This document shows positions 22,039-31,637 of a stretch of 44,694 nt of DNA, piece by piece; position 1 is the first letter of the stretch; every line of letters starts with the position of its first letter. Under the pieces are notes generated by a model, which was not told the origin of the DNA, did not search any database, and saw only the letters and a list, made by a program, of their open reading frames with translations. This DNA comes from a virus (Duplodnaviria > Heunggongvirae > Uroviricota > Caudoviricetes). Location of the stretch: the IMG/VR virus record IMGVR_UViG_638341196_000008; one strand, given 5' to 3'. A program made the translations under genes and the position numbers.

Positions 22039-22083
22039 TTTTTCTCTCCGTTACAGGCGGGCATGATGCCCGCCGTGAGTTGA

Positions 22084-23136
22084 TTAGCTGTCGGCGAACT
22101 TCAGGCCAGTGACCATCGCGTACTTGCCATAGTCTTCAACGACATAAGCGTCATTGATGGACTGGTAGGTGGCGATGCGGTTGTATTCCGGTTCGTCTTT
22201 CATCAGACGACGCATTGAACCTTTCTGCCAGTAAATCGACAGGTTGTTGAACGAGGTGATCAGCATCGTTGAATCCGGGAAGAACGGCGCAAGGAACACG
22301 CCCAGCCCGCCAATGGTGCGCGATGACAGAATGAGCTGCCCGGCGAGTAATTCCGCATTAGGATTCTGGCCGCTGATGCTGTTCAGCACGGACAGACGCA
22401 GCGAGTTAAACAGGTTGCGCCCCATAATCACCACGAGGTCGTCAGCTTCCTTGTGCCATTCATCCAGCAGGGATGAGCGCGCGTCCTGTACCAGAGCATC
22501 AGCGTTCGCATACTTACCCGCGTGCGCCACGGTGTTGTCCATGTTACGGGAGGTCAGCGTCACGTCATTCATAACGCGTTCGCTGGCGTCGGTTCTGATG
22601 TGCTCCAGCCACCCCACGTTAACGTCCTGAAGCAACTTGTTGGTGCTGAAGTTGGACTCATCCGCGTGAGACGTGCCGTTGAAACCGATCATGATGCGGT
22701 CAAGTGCCACCTGTCGGGCAATCTGTGCGCTGATGCGGGACTGAAAATCAGGGTGTGCCGCCCAGGCATCAAGCTGCGGATATGAAATAAACGTGTCGTA
22801 GTTCACCTGTTCGCACTGGTATTTGCGGTTTTTCAGATCAACCACGTTATTCGGGTTACGGCGTTTTGTGCCGTCATAACTGGTATTCGTGCGCGCAATC
22901 GGCCCGGTGGTATCCAGGAGGATTTTTTCGCCTTTCTGGTCGGTCACGCCGATCACGTTAATTCTTTTTGTAAATTCGGTGCTTTCCTTTGAGGCGTTTT
23001 CAAAACGCTGCTGTACCGAGGGTTCCACGGTAAATCGCGATACCAGTGCGGAAACCGGGATATTGTTAAGCGACGCCTGCTGCGCCATATAGCAACCCAG
23101 CTTGTTGCGGGTAATATCTGACATCACCAGATTCAT
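22084..23136 (-). CDS. N: Major capsid protein gpN-like
   Basis: 350 aa with conserved P2 N blocks (FTVEPSV, VGWL, DLVVI.GR, YVVEDY). Confidence 0.85.
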   Translation of the reverse strand: MNLVMSDITRNKLGCYMAQQASLNNIPVSALVSRFTVEPSVQQRFENASKESTEFTKRINVIGVTDQKGEKILLDTTGPIARTNTSYDGTKRRNPNNVVDLKNRKYQCEQVNYDTFISYPQLDAWAAHPDFQSRISAQIARQVALDRIMIGFNGTSHADESNFSTNKLLQDVNVGWLEHIRTDASERVMNDVTLTSRNMDNTVAHAGKYANADALVQDARSSLLDEWHKEADDLVVIMGRNLFNSLRLSVLNSISGQNPNAELLAGQLILSSRTIGGLGVFLAPFFPDSTMLITSFNNLSIYWQKGSMRRLMKDEPEYNRIATYQSINDAYVVEDYGKYAMVTGLKFADS

Positions 23137-23159
23137 AAAAAATTTGCTCCTTTGTCTTA

Positions 23160-23996
23160 TCAGAAGTCAGCCAGCTGGTCGGAGGCAGCGCCCGTTGCGG
23201 TGAACCGGTTCTGCGGATCGCCGTCCTGCGTGCGCAGTTTTTCCTTCAGTGCTGCCAGCTCTGTGGTCAGTAAAGTGATTTTCTGGCTGTCCTGTTGATG
23301 GCGGGTTTCCAGCACATTAAAACGGTCGATAATGTCGGCCTGTGACGTTGCGACACCTTCCACCGCTTCCTGAATACGGGAGAAACTGGCGTCATCCGCT
23401 TTGCGTCCACGGCCAATAATCCCCATAACGCGGTTAAACCACTGGGTGCCTTCTTCCTGACGTTGTTCGGTGAGTTCGATAAGTTCTGACTCCATAGCGG
23501 CGGTAAACATCGCTACGTCTCCCTGCTGACAGTTGAATGTCATCAGTTGCATACGTTGTTGTGCCGCAAAGGCCAGACGTTCCGTGCCCAGGCTGGCAGG
23601 GGTGTCGGTCATTGCCAGCCCGCGCAGGTAAGGGCCTCCCGTGATGGTTGACTGTGGTTCCAGCTCAATACTGGAGTAAATTTTTTTACCATCGTTAAGC
23701 AGGGACATCATGCGAGCGGTCGGCTCAATTTCGGCATACAGTGCCGTGCGACCTGCCAGCGGGCCATCGGTTATGTCTTCGGTGCTCAACCCCACAACAT
23801 CGCCCATAGCGGAAAACTCGCTGCCGGGGAGTGGTGACAGGATGTGCTCAATATTCACACGTGCACCATAAACGGACGGGTTATAACTGGTGGCGGCAGC
23901 TTTCAGCATGTCGCCGTTGATTTCGCGCCCGTCTGCCGTTACACCGGAGACAGCCACGCGAAACTTTTTGCGGGATGTCTTTTTTTCATTAGCCAT
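23160..23996 (-). CDS. O: Capsid scaffold protein gpO-like
   Basis: Start set at MANEKK...; similarity to P2 O N-terminus; acidic coiled-coil C-terminus. Confidence 0.8.
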   Translation of the reverse strand: MANEKKTSRKKFRVAVSGVTADGREINGDMLKAAATSYNPSVYGARVNIEHILSPLPGSEFSAMGDVVGLSTEDITDGPLAGRTALYAEIEPTARMMSLLNDGKKIYSSIELEPQSTITGGPYLRGLAMTDTPASLGTERLAFAAQQRMQLMTFNCQQGDVAMFTAAMESELIELTEQRQEEGTQWFNRVMGIIGRGRKADDASFSRIQEAVEGVATSQADIIDRFNVLETRHQQDSQKITLLTTELAALKEKLRTQDGDPQNRFTATGAASDQLADF

Positions 23997-24029
23997 AGTT
24001 TTTGCCCCTCTGACTGGTTCTTCAGTCAT

Positions 24030-24150
24030 GATGGCAAAGCGTAACAGGCTGATACAAAGGGCTTTTGTTGTAAGAAAACGGCCAGAACAGGGGGTTAAGG
24101 AGAACAGTTTCGCGCGCGGGTAATCTTCCTGTAATTACTCAGGGGGAGCA
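24030..24150. promoter_or_regulatory. Divergent late-promoter region between O and P
   Basis: Inferred from P2 organisation (divergent O and P operons); no clean TGT-N12-ACA Ogr site found by eye. Confidence 0.35.
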
Positions 24151-25902
24151 ATGATTCAGGACGCTTTTGTGCGCCAGCGTGCGCGGCAACTTTACTGGCA
24201 GGGTTATCCGCCCGCAGAGATATCACGTCTGATGGGAATAAACCCGAACACGATTTATGCGTGGAAAAAACGCGACCAGTGGGATGAAACACCACCCGTG
24301 CAGCGTGTTACGCAGTCCATCGATGCGCGCCTCATCCAGCTTACTGAAAAACAGAATAAAACAGGCGGTGACTTTAAGGAAATAGACCTGCTGACCCGGC
24401 AGCTTAAAAAGCTGCATGATGGCCAGCCGGATGTGATGGCCGCAGGAAAGAAAGGCCGGGCGAAAAAACTCAAAAATCATTTCACGCCGGAACAGATTGC
24501 CGCACTGCGGGAAAAAATCATCAGCAGGCTGGAGTGGCATCAGCGGGGCTGGTTTGACTCCCTGACACTTTGCAGGGAAGCCGGGATACGTAACAGGATG
24601 ATCCTGAAATCCCGACAGATTGGGGCGACCTGGTATTTTGCACAGGAAGCTCTGCTGACGGCGCTGCGTGACAATGTGGCGCAACCTTACCAGCGTAACC
24701 AGATTTTTTTGTCTGCGTCGCGTCGTCAGGCGTTCCAGTTTAAAAGCATTATTCAGAAGGCCGCGGCTGAAGTTGATGTGGAGCTGAAAGGGGGCGATAA
24801 AATCATCCTCTCCAACGGCGCAGAGCTGCATTTTCTCGGCACTTCTGCTGCGTCGGCACAGTCCTATACGGGCAATTTTTATTTTGATGAATTTTTCTGG
24901 GTCAGTCGCTTTGCTGAACTGCGCAAGGTGGCTGGCGCTATGGCAACCCTCAGCGGACTGCGGCGCACCTACTTCTCCACGCCATCCACCGAAACGCACG
25001 AGGCATACGCCTACTGGAACGACGACCGCTGGAACGAGAAAAAGGCCTCGCATAAACGCCAGCGTTTTTCTGTGGACTGGAAAACGCTGCATAACGGGCT
25101 TATCTGCCCTGACCGGACGTGGCGGCAAATTGTCACGCTGGAAGATGTGGTTAATCACGGCTGGAAACACACCGATATTGACGAAATCCGTGATGAAAAC
25201 ACCGAAGACGAGTTCCTCAATCTCTATATGTGTGAGTTTGTTCGCGAAGGGGAATCGGCATTTAACCTGAATATCCTGATTGGCTGCAGTGTTGACGGAT
25301 ACGACGACTGGAAAGACTGGAAACCTTTTGCTCCCCGCCCGATGGGGAATCGTCCGGTATGGATTGGGTATGACGCAAACGGCAGCAGTGGCAACGGCGA
25401 CAGCGGCGCTGTGTCCGTGGTGGTTCCTCCGGCTGTTCCTGGTGGCCGTTTTCGAACGGTGGAGACGCGACGCGTTCAGGGGCTGGAGTTTGAAGAACAG
25501 GCCAGAGTCATTGAAGAGTTCACGTATCGCTACAACGTGGAACACATCGGCATTGATGTGACGGGCGGGAACGGGGAGGCTGTTTATCAGATAGTGAAAC
25601 GGTTTTTCCCTGCTGCTATTCCGTACACCTTCACGCTGTCATCAAAACGGTCGCTGGTACTGAAAATGCTGCAAATAATGCGTGCCGGGCGGTGGGAATA
25701 CGATCGCGCCGAACGCGAGCTGGTCGCGGCCTTTAACGCCGTGCGTAAGGTGAAAACACCGGGCGGCTTTATCACTTACGAAACGGACCGCGCGAGGGGG
25801 ATCAGCCACGGCGACCTTGCGTGGGCAACCATGCTTGCTGTCATTAACGAACCGATTGGCGGCGAAGGAGAAAACGAGCGTTTCACGGTTATGGAGTTCT
25901 GA
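24151..25902 (+). CDS. P: Terminase large (ATPase) subunit gpP-like
   Basis: 583 aa; N-terminal HTH-like region and ATPase core; upstream of portal. Confidence 0.85.
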   Translation: MIQDAFVRQRARQLYWQGYPPAEISRLMGINPNTIYAWKKRDQWDETPPVQRVTQSIDARLIQLTEKQNKTGGDFKEIDLLTRQLKKLHDGQPDVMAAGKKGRAKKLKNHFTPEQIAALREKIISRLEWHQRGWFDSLTLCREAGIRNRMILKSRQIGATWYFAQEALLTALRDNVAQPYQRNQIFLSASRRQAFQFKSIIQKAAAEVDVELKGGDKIILSNGAELHFLGTSAASAQSYTGNFYFDEFFWVSRFAELRKVAGAMATLSGLRRTYFSTPSTETHEAYAYWNDDRWNEKKASHKRQRFSVDWKTLHNGLICPDRTWRQIVTLEDVVNHGWKHTDIDEIRDENTEDEFLNLYMCEFVREGESAFNLNILIGCSVDGYDDWKDWKPFAPRPMGNRPVWIGYDANGSSGNGDSGAVSVVVPPAVPGGRFRTVETRRVQGLEFEEQARVIEEFTYRYNVEHIGIDVTGGNGEAVYQIVKRFFPAAIPYTFTLSSKRSLVLKMLQIMRAGRWEYDRAERELVAAFNAVRKVKTPGGFITYETDRARGISHGDLAWATMLAVINEPIGGEGENERFTVMEF

Positions 25903-26945
25903 TGAGCAGAAAAAATAAAAAAGTGCGCATGAGTTCACGCATTGATCTCGCTGATGCGCTCAGGAAAGAATCATCGCTCAGTGCATTCACATTTGATGGT
26001 CCTTATCGCCTGACCGGGCATGACCTGCTGGACAATATGTACTGTGCTGATAACGGACGGTGGTATGAAACCCCGGTGGACTGGTACGGTCTGGCAAGAG
26101 CAGCCCGTCAAACGTCCTGGCATCAGTCTGCGCTTTACTTTAAGCGCAATGTATTACTCGGTTGCTACATCCCGCACCCGCTGCTTTCCCGGCAGGATTT
26201 CTCGGCGCTGGCGCTGGACTGGTTTGTGTTCGGTAACGCATTCCTTGAGCTTAGAAGCAATATGCTCGGCGAACCGCTTAAATTACGGCACGCACTGGCG
26301 AAATACATGCGACGCGGAAGCGATCTTGAATCATGGTGGTATGTGCAGGATGGCAAGGACGCGTTCCAGTTTCGCCCTGGCAAAGTGTGCCACCTGATGA
26401 ATCCGGATATTAACCAGGAAATCTACGGCATGCCGGAATATCTTGGCGCATTACTCTCGGCCAGCCTTTCTCATTCGGCGGACATGTTCAGAAAACTGTA
26501 CTACGACAACGGATCCCACGCCGGGTGCATCATCTACATCGGTGCAGCGCAGGTAAACCGCGAAAGCATGGACTCCCTGAAAGAAACGTTACAGGGCGCG
26601 CGTGGTGGTGCGTTTAAAAACGTGCTCATCCATGCGCCCAACGGGGGCAAAGAAGGTGTGCAAATTTTGCCGTTCCAGCAGATCACTGCAAAGGATGAGT
26701 TCATGAATGTTAAGGCGGCATCCCGTGATGATGTGCTGGCTGCGCACCGCGTTCCGCCGCAACTGATGGGGGCGATGCCGGGCGAAAAAAGTGCGTTTGG
26801 TGATGTGGAGAAGGCCGCGCGGGTTTACGCAATTAACGAGCTGATGCCCGTCATGGAGGCCATGAAGCACATCAATGACTGGCTTGGCGAAGAGGTGATC
26901 CGCTTTAACCCTTACGCACTGCTAGATACCCAGCCCACATCCTGA
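25902..26945 (+). CDS. Q: Portal protein gpQ-like
   Basis: 347 aa; start overlaps P stop; P2 Q is similar in length. Confidence 0.85.
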   Translation: MSRKNKKVRMSSRIDLADALRKESSLSAFTFDGPYRLTGHDLLDNMYCADNGRWYETPVDWYGLARAARQTSWHQSALYFKRNVLLGCYIPHPLLSRQDFSALALDWFVFGNAFLELRSNMLGEPLKLRHALAKYMRRGSDLESWWYVQDGKDAFQFRPGKVCHLMNPDINQEIYGMPEYLGALLSASLSHSADMFRKLYYDNGSHAGCIIYIGAAQVNRESMDSLKETLQGARGGAFKNVLIHAPNGGKEGVQILPFQQITAKDEFMNVKAASRDDVLAAHRVPPQLMGAMPGEKSAFGDVEKAARVYAINELMPVMEAMKHINDWLGEEVIRFNPYALLDTQPTS

Positions 26946-26960
26946 CGCGCTTCGCTTGTC

Positions 26961-26987
26961 TGCTGCTTCGCCGGGGCATAAAAAATT
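26961..26987. other. 10-bp-stem palindrome (ggggcataaa/tttatgcccc) just after Q; terminator or cos-proximal structure
   Basis: Read directly; no U-tract; canonical P2 cos 19-mer not recognised. Confidence 0.3.
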
Positions 26988-27368
26988 TATGCCCCGACTC
27001 TCCAGCTCCTGTATCAATCAGATAATTTCACGACGCTTTTCTGCTTATTGTCATCATCGGCGGTCAGACTCTTACGCAATCCCACCGCGTTGACTGCATG
27101 TTCTCGCCGCCTCAGTGCGATTTTGACGGCCTTATCTGCCACCCATCAAATCAAAAGCCCTCACGTCTTTTTCACGCTCAGCGTAAGAAATATAGCCATT
27201 CTGTTGTGTCTCTGCGACATCGTTCAGGGAATGCTATTTACCCCCTGAAACGCGGGCTGTTCCCCCGTCACCTGCGCGCAGAAAAAGCGCGTTTTTTTGT
27301 GCACGCACGGATCCTTGACGGATCCAGCCGCCACGCGGGCTGGAAGGGTAAAAAGTCGTTCAAAAAAA

Positions 27369-27395
27369 TTGTGCAAATTTGTGCACTATTGTGCA
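27369..27395. repeat. Three direct TTGTGCA repeats at 10-bp spacing (plus one more at 27297-27303)
   Basis: aaTTGTGCAaatTTGTGCActaTTGTGCAtt read directly; lies between the cos-proximal region and the cargo operon terminator. Confidence 0.6.
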
Positions 27396-27402
27396 TTAAA
27401 AT

Positions 27403-27425
27403 AAACGCCCTGGAAGAGGGCGTTT
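27403..27425 (-). terminator. Rho-independent terminator of the minus-strand cargo operon
   Basis: Stem aaacgccct/agggcgttt with 5-nt loop, followed on the minus strand by AUUUUAAU. Confidence 0.6.
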
Positions 27426-27435
27426 GGGCTCATTT

Positions 27436-27696
27436 CTATAGCTTTGATGCAGGCTGGGCTAGATGCAAGGGTTGGACATACCAGCCTTTTGATAACCAAC
27501 TCTCTGCAACCTCTTTACTCCTTGTTATTGCTGGTATTCCGATGCCGTTATTTACATGCATCCATGCTACTGGCTCTGCTTCCAGTGATACCAGTGCAAT
27601 TTCATAAGCACGGCGCTCAATATTGTCTCGAACGTCCAGGCTGCCTATGCGCTCTTTGATTTCTTTAATCAGTTCTTTGTCGGTGAAAGTTGTCAT
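27436..27696 (-). CDS. Hypothetical protein, 86 aa (last gene of cargo operon)
   Basis: ORF tightly packed in operon; no recognisable motif. Confidence 0.5.
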   Translation of the reverse strand: MTTFTDKELIKEIKERIGSLDVRDNIERRAYEIALVSLEAEPVAWMHVNNGIGIPAITRSKEVAESWLSKGWYVQPLHLAQPASKL

Positions 27697-27706
27697 GTGT
27701 TAGTCC

Positions 27707-27970
27707 TTATCCTGCTGTGCTTTCAACTGATGAGGGGAACAAAATCTTTTCATCAAACCCTGCATTCATATCATGAACAGCAACACACCAATCCATTGAC
27801 GAACGATTATCAAGAGCCTCCATGATTTCATCCATGTGGCGCAGGTCATACAGGTAAATGCTTTTATCGCCAATGGTGTAAAAACCAATTTTTTTCGGTG
27901 ATGGGCAGCGATCAAGAACGTCCTGTAATTCATTCAACCATGCCCGTTCTTTTTTTGTTAAAGTTGCCAT
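27707..27970 (-). CDS. Hypothetical protein, 87 aa
   Basis: ORF in operon; no recognisable motif. Confidence 0.5.
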   Translation of the reverse strand: MATLTKKERAWLNELQDVLDRCPSPKKIGFYTIGDKSIYLYDLRHMDEIMEALDNRSSMDWCVAVHDMNAGFDEKILFPSSVESTAG

Positions 27971-27971
27971 A

Positions 27972-28463
27972 TCACTCTCCTTTGATGCGAATGCCAGTGG
28001 TACTCATTCTCCTGATTTCCCAGAGCACACGAGGAACACCACCGTTTCCGACCGGATCGCGTTTACTCCGCAGGGCGACGCTTGATTCCGCCCAGCTTTT
28101 TCTTGGAGGAAGCTCTTTCACACGAACAAAACCAGCTGCGCGAAGAGATGCTCCTGATTCATCTGCCCGGGTGTACGTAATACAACGTTGATAACCCATA
28201 GCTTTTGCTGCCCGCCAGACAGCACCATAAAGCGCGCTGTTAGCGTTGCGTTCTCCTGTGGTACATGTGCGATTTACTTCAAGCGTTAATCCATCGTCCA
28301 AATGTCGTGCAACAGGTCGACCGGCTGTCGCCACACCTATCAATTCTCCGGCATCATTTCTCAGACCAATGCTGAATTTATGCCCCACCGGGGGTTTATT
28401 GTGTCGGTGATGTCTGGATATAAATGCCTTCGCAACACGAAGAGTAACCGGTGAAATCTGCAC
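27972..28463 (-). CDS. Hypothetical protein, weak GNAT-acyltransferase-like C-terminal motif (uncertain)
   Basis: Start set at GTG 7 nt after SD AAGGAG; ...GYQRCITYTRADESGASLRAAGF resembles the acetyl-CoA binding motif region. Confidence 0.4.
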   Translation of the reverse strand: MQISPVTLRVAKAFISRHHRHNKPPVGHKFSIGLRNDAGELIGVATAGRPVARHLDDGLTLEVNRTCTTGERNANSALYGAVWRAAKAMGYQRCITYTRADESGASLRAAGFVRVKELPPRKSWAESSVALRSKRDPVGNGGVPRVLWEIRRMSTTGIRIKGE

Positions 28464-28465
28464 TC

Positions 28466-28780
28466 TCACTCTCCTTTGATACCAATGTTTACAGTCTGGC
28501 AAGCTTCTCTGAGCACCCAGTCAACAGCGTCTTTCCATGCTCCGGTTTCAGTTGGCGGATTCTCACGCTTTACCAGTTCATAGAAACGTACTGCTCTAAC
28601 CAGTCCATCTGACGGTTTTGCCTGTAGTGCAGCCTGAGCTATACGGTATGCCTGGAGCATACGGGCGTCGTTGATATCCATTCCGAACGGAATTTCTGAT
28701 GATCGTGATTCTGCATCTTCAAGCCTGGCAATTTCTTTACGTAAAAAGTATTTCAACTCTTGTTTTTGTTTTCTGTTCAT
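28466..28780 (-). CDS. Hypothetical protein, 104 aa
   Basis: ATGA overlap with upstream gene; no recognisable motif. Confidence 0.5.
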   Translation of the reverse strand: MNRKQKQELKYFLRKEIARLEDAESRSSEIPFGMDINDARMLQAYRIAQAALQAKPSDGLVRAVRFYELVKRENPPTETGAWKDAVDWVLREACQTVNIGIKGE

Positions 28781-29109
28781 GTGTTTTTTCCCTTTTTGTC
28801 TGCCACTTCTCTCCTGATAATTTCATTGCACAAATCCACGCACTCATTGCAGATGTAAACAGACGGTCCAGCAATCACCTTTGTGACTTCGTACTGGGAT
28901 TTATTGCAGAAGCTGCAATAAATCGTTTCCTCGCCTGAAGCCCATGTTTTGCTGGTTTTGCCAGACATCAGTTGTTTGAGGTCTTTTTCACGACGAAGAA
29001 CTATCTGGCCACATTCAGCTATTTTTTGGATGTTGACATTTTCTTCTTTCGCCAGCGCTTCCATCCGCTCAATCAGTCGCTGCGCTTTTTCTCTGTCAAT
29101 GTGTTGCAT
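28777..29109 (-). CDS. Small protein with C-terminal ClpX-type C4 zinc-binding domain and N-terminal coiled-coil region
   Basis: [39 protein letters not shown] is near-identical in pattern to the ClpX N-terminal zinc-binding domain (LYCSFCGKSQ...VYICDECVDLCNDII); SD AAGGGGG. Confidence 0.7.
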   Translation of the reverse strand: MQHIDREKAQRLIERMEALAKEENVNIQKIAECGQIVLRREKDLKQLMSGKTSKTWASGEETIYCSFCNKSQYEVTKVIAGPSVYICNECVDLCNEIIRREVADKKGKNT

Positions 29110-29172
29110 TGTGTCCCCCTTGTTTATGTTCCCGGGTTAAAGTCATCAGGGCGGATGCGCCCTGATGTTGTG

Positions 29173-29484
29173 TTATTCGGGAAATAACGCCCGGATATTT
29201 CCGGCCATCTGACTGGTTATCTGTGCGGTTGATACTGGCTGTGATGCGGGGCGTTCTGTCCTGGTTTGTGTCACTGATAACGCCTCATCATCAGCCCATG
29301 CAGCCAGTCGGTAAGCCTCTGCCGGATTCATTTTCAGAAGTGCCAGCCCGGCCAGAAAAGCCACGCGTTGGCCGCTTTTGCGGGCTTCTGGTGTAAGGCT
29401 GTCCAGCCAGGCGCATGCTTCGCCTTCGTTCTTGACGGCGGCGGGCTTCAGATAGAAACTTATTCGTCTGGTTGGTGTCGTCAT
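29173..29484 (-). CDS. parR: ParR-like partition adaptor/repressor
   Basis: About 103 aa starting MTTPTRRISFYLKP; resembles R1 ParR (RRTIAFKL..., ...LFPKE); SD AAGGAG; immediately downstream of parM. Confidence 0.6.
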   Translation of the reverse strand: MTTPTRRISFYLKPAAVKNEGEACAWLDSLTPEARKSGQRVAFLAGLALLKMNPAEAYRLAAWADDEALSVTQTRTERPASQPVSTAQITSQMAGNIRALFPE

Positions 29485-29488
29485 TGAT

Positions 29489-30448
29489 TTACTCCTTGTC
29501 CATTGCGTACAGCCCATTAACCAGAGCAAACTGTGGCACCCCGTCCGCGATGAAAGTCGCATTAACTCCGCAGGCTTCGCGGATAGCGGGTGCCACAATC
29601 TCCGCTCCTCCACCTACAACCATCACCCGCCCGTAACCCGAAAAACCCGCCAGCGCGCGGATCACGCGTTGTTTCAGTGTTTCTTCCTTTTCACGAATAA
29701 CCGCCATCAGGCTGGCGTAATGTGCGTCATTGTGGATGTGCTGGCGCAGCCAGGCTTCATCATGGCGATGTTCGATAATGGTATTGGCGATGTGGTGACT
29801 GGTACGCATACCGTTAGTGGCCATCACCGACAGTACGGCATCGGCCATCAGGGAAACGCCTACGTGTGGATCGCAAAATACCTGGCTGATACCTGCCAAC
29901 TGCCCCTGAACCTTTGCCACATCCAGCGTGGTTCCGCCCAAATCCACAATCAGCAGGGATTCAAACGGACTCATGTCAGCCAGTGTTTTAAAGCCAGTTG
30001 GAATGGATTCAGGCATAACCCGTACGTTACGGATAGTGAATGCTTCGCCGTTCTGGTACTCCACCGGGCGCATAACGTTCGCTTTTTTGCGGTTGATGTT
30101 GGCCATGTCCGGCTGTGCGTTTGTGTCGAAATACTCGCTCAGTGGCAGGGTGACAACCACATCCACCTCCTGTGGCGTGATGCCTGATTTGACCAGCGCG
30201 TGATGAATGGCAATGACATTCACATCGCTGTACTGGTATTGCGTGTCGGTCGTCTGGACAAAGCGATCGCTGACCGGATCAAAACCATAGCGCACGCCAT
30301 CAAGCATGTAGTTCGCGGGCTGCGTGCCACCGAACGGCGCAGACCATTCCGACTTGAAGCTGTTCGGGCTGATGGCGTTGCGGCGTTCGCCGTTCTCAGT
30401 CCATGCCAGCTTGATGTTGGTGGAGCCGTCGTCGATACAAATTTTCAT
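29489..30448 (-). CDS. parM: ParM/StbA-like actin-family partition ATPase
   Basis: 319 aa; strong similarity to R1 ParM throughout (IDDGSTNIKL, YSDVNVIAIHHAL, MPESIP, DLGGTTLD, GGGAE). Confidence 0.8.
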   Translation of the reverse strand: MKICIDDGSTNIKLAWTENGERRNAISPNSFKSEWSAPFGGTQPANYMLDGVRYGFDPVSDRFVQTTDTQYQYSDVNVIAIHHALVKSGITPQEVDVVVTLPLSEYFDTNAQPDMANINRKKANVMRPVEYQNGEAFTIRNVRVMPESIPTGFKTLADMSPFESLLIVDLGGTTLDVAKVQGQLAGISQVFCDPHVGVSLMADAVLSVMATNGMRTSHHIANTIIEHRHDEAWLRQHIHNDAHYASLMAVIREKEETLKQRVIRALAGFSGYGRVMVVGGGAEIVAPAIREACGVNATFIADGVPQFALVNGLYAMDKE

Positions 30449-30591
30449 GTCGCTTTTCCTTATGTTGATTAATTAATCGTTTACGGGATTCTGAAATCCC
30501 GTTTTTTCCGTAAGCGCCCCATCAGCGACGTCTTGTGAAAATTGTCCTGTCTGGCAACAATCGCGCCCATCTATATTGATGGACACGAACG

Positions 30592-31077
30592 ATGAATTCC
30601 CAGACAACAAAAGATATTCCCTGCTTCCGTTCTTATTTGCCTGATGCCCTGCGTTTAAGATTTGAAGATAAACTGACCATCCGGGCCATCGCTCAGCGTC
30701 TGGGTCTCAGTCATTCCACAATACATACGCTTTTTCAGCGATTTCTTGCATCCGGTATCGCATGGCCATTGCCCGATTCAGTTTCATTCGCTCAACTTGA
30801 CGCCATCCTTTATGCCAACAGAAAGAAGGAATTAACAGAGCCTCAAATCAGAGAAGGCTCATGGCGAAAAGAACGGCGAACCAGCTATAGCCGTGAATTT
30901 AAGGTCCGTCTGGCTAAGCAGGCGTTACAGCCTGGGGCTGTTGTTGCCCGGATCGCCAGAGAACACGATATCAATGATAACCTGCTGTTTAAATGGAAAA
31001 GCCAGTACGAGGACGGCTTACTGAGCGATGATGACATACAGGCATACAGGAATGCATGCCTGTCCCGGTGGCACTGA
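30592..31077 (+). CDS. IS66-family accessory HTH protein (transposase_8-like)
   Basis: 161 aa with ...YSREFKVRLAKQALQPGAVVARIAREHDINDNLLFKWKSQY HTH region. Confidence 0.65.
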   Translation: MNSQTTKDIPCFRSYLPDALRLRFEDKLTIRAIAQRLGLSHSTIHTLFQRFLASGIAWPLPDSVSFAQLDAILYANRKKELTEPQIREGSWRKERRTSYSREFKVRLAKQALQPGAVVARIAREHDINDNLLFKWKSQYEDGLLSDDDIQAYRNACLSRWH

Positions 31078-31274
31078 CTGATACGCCGGAGCCGACCAGA
31101 CCAGTTACAAATCCCTTCTGGCGTAACAAGCATGATGAGCGCCCTGAGGGGGCTCCCGGAAACGTCCCACGGTGCGAGCTGCATCTTAAATCAGGTGTGG
31201 TAAAACTGTTTGACCCTCTCACTCCGGAACTGTTACGGGCGCTAATCCGCGAAATGAAAGGGGGTATCCGATGA
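31056..31274 (+). CDS. IS66-family small ORF (TnpA-like), ATGA-overlapping tnpB
   Basis: 72-aa ORF whose stop overlaps the TnpB start. Confidence 0.45.
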   Translation: MPVPVALTDTPEPTRPVTNPFWRNKHDERPEGAPGNVPRCELHLKSGVVKLFDPLTPELLRALIREMKGGIR

Positions 31275-31618
31275 TAACGCTGCCGACCGGTACCAGAATC
31301 TGGATCATCGCTGGCATCACAGATATGCGTTGTGGCTTCAATGGCCTGGCTTCGAAGGTGCAGAACACGCTGAAAGATGACCCGTTCTCCGGGCATATCT
31401 TCGTCTTCCGGGGCCGCAGTGGCAAAATGGTGAAAATACTGTGGGCCGATCGTGACGGGTTATGCCTGTTCGCCAAACGCCTGGAACGGGGCCGCTTCGT
31501 CTGGCCGGTGACCCGGGAAGGGAAAGTGCACCTGACGCCAGCTCAGTTATCCATGCTACTGGAGGGGATCGCGTGGCAACATCCCACACGGACAGAACGG
31601 CCTGGCATCCGGATATAA
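31271..31618 (+). CDS. tnpB: IS66-family TnpB
   Basis: 115 aa, MITLPTGTRIWIIAGITDMR... typical of IS66 Orf2. Confidence 0.8.
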   Translation: MITLPTGTRIWIIAGITDMRCGFNGLASKVQNTLKDDPFSGHIFVFRGRSGKMVKILWADRDGLCLFAKRLERGRFVWPVTREGKVHLTPAQLSMLLEGIAWQHPTRTERPGIRI

Positions 31619-31637
31619 CCCGTGATAAAACAAGGGA

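Noticed and set aside
24223-25545. 440-aa ORF on the minus strand inside terminase gene P
   Set aside because: Antisense to conserved terminase; no recognisable motifs
26946-27100. P2 cos site (19-nt cohesive end)
   Set aside because: Canonical P2/186 cos sequence not recognised; only a palindrome at 26961-26987 noted
29669-30472. Plus-strand ORFs overlapping parM
   Set aside because: Antisense to a strongly supported ParM homologue
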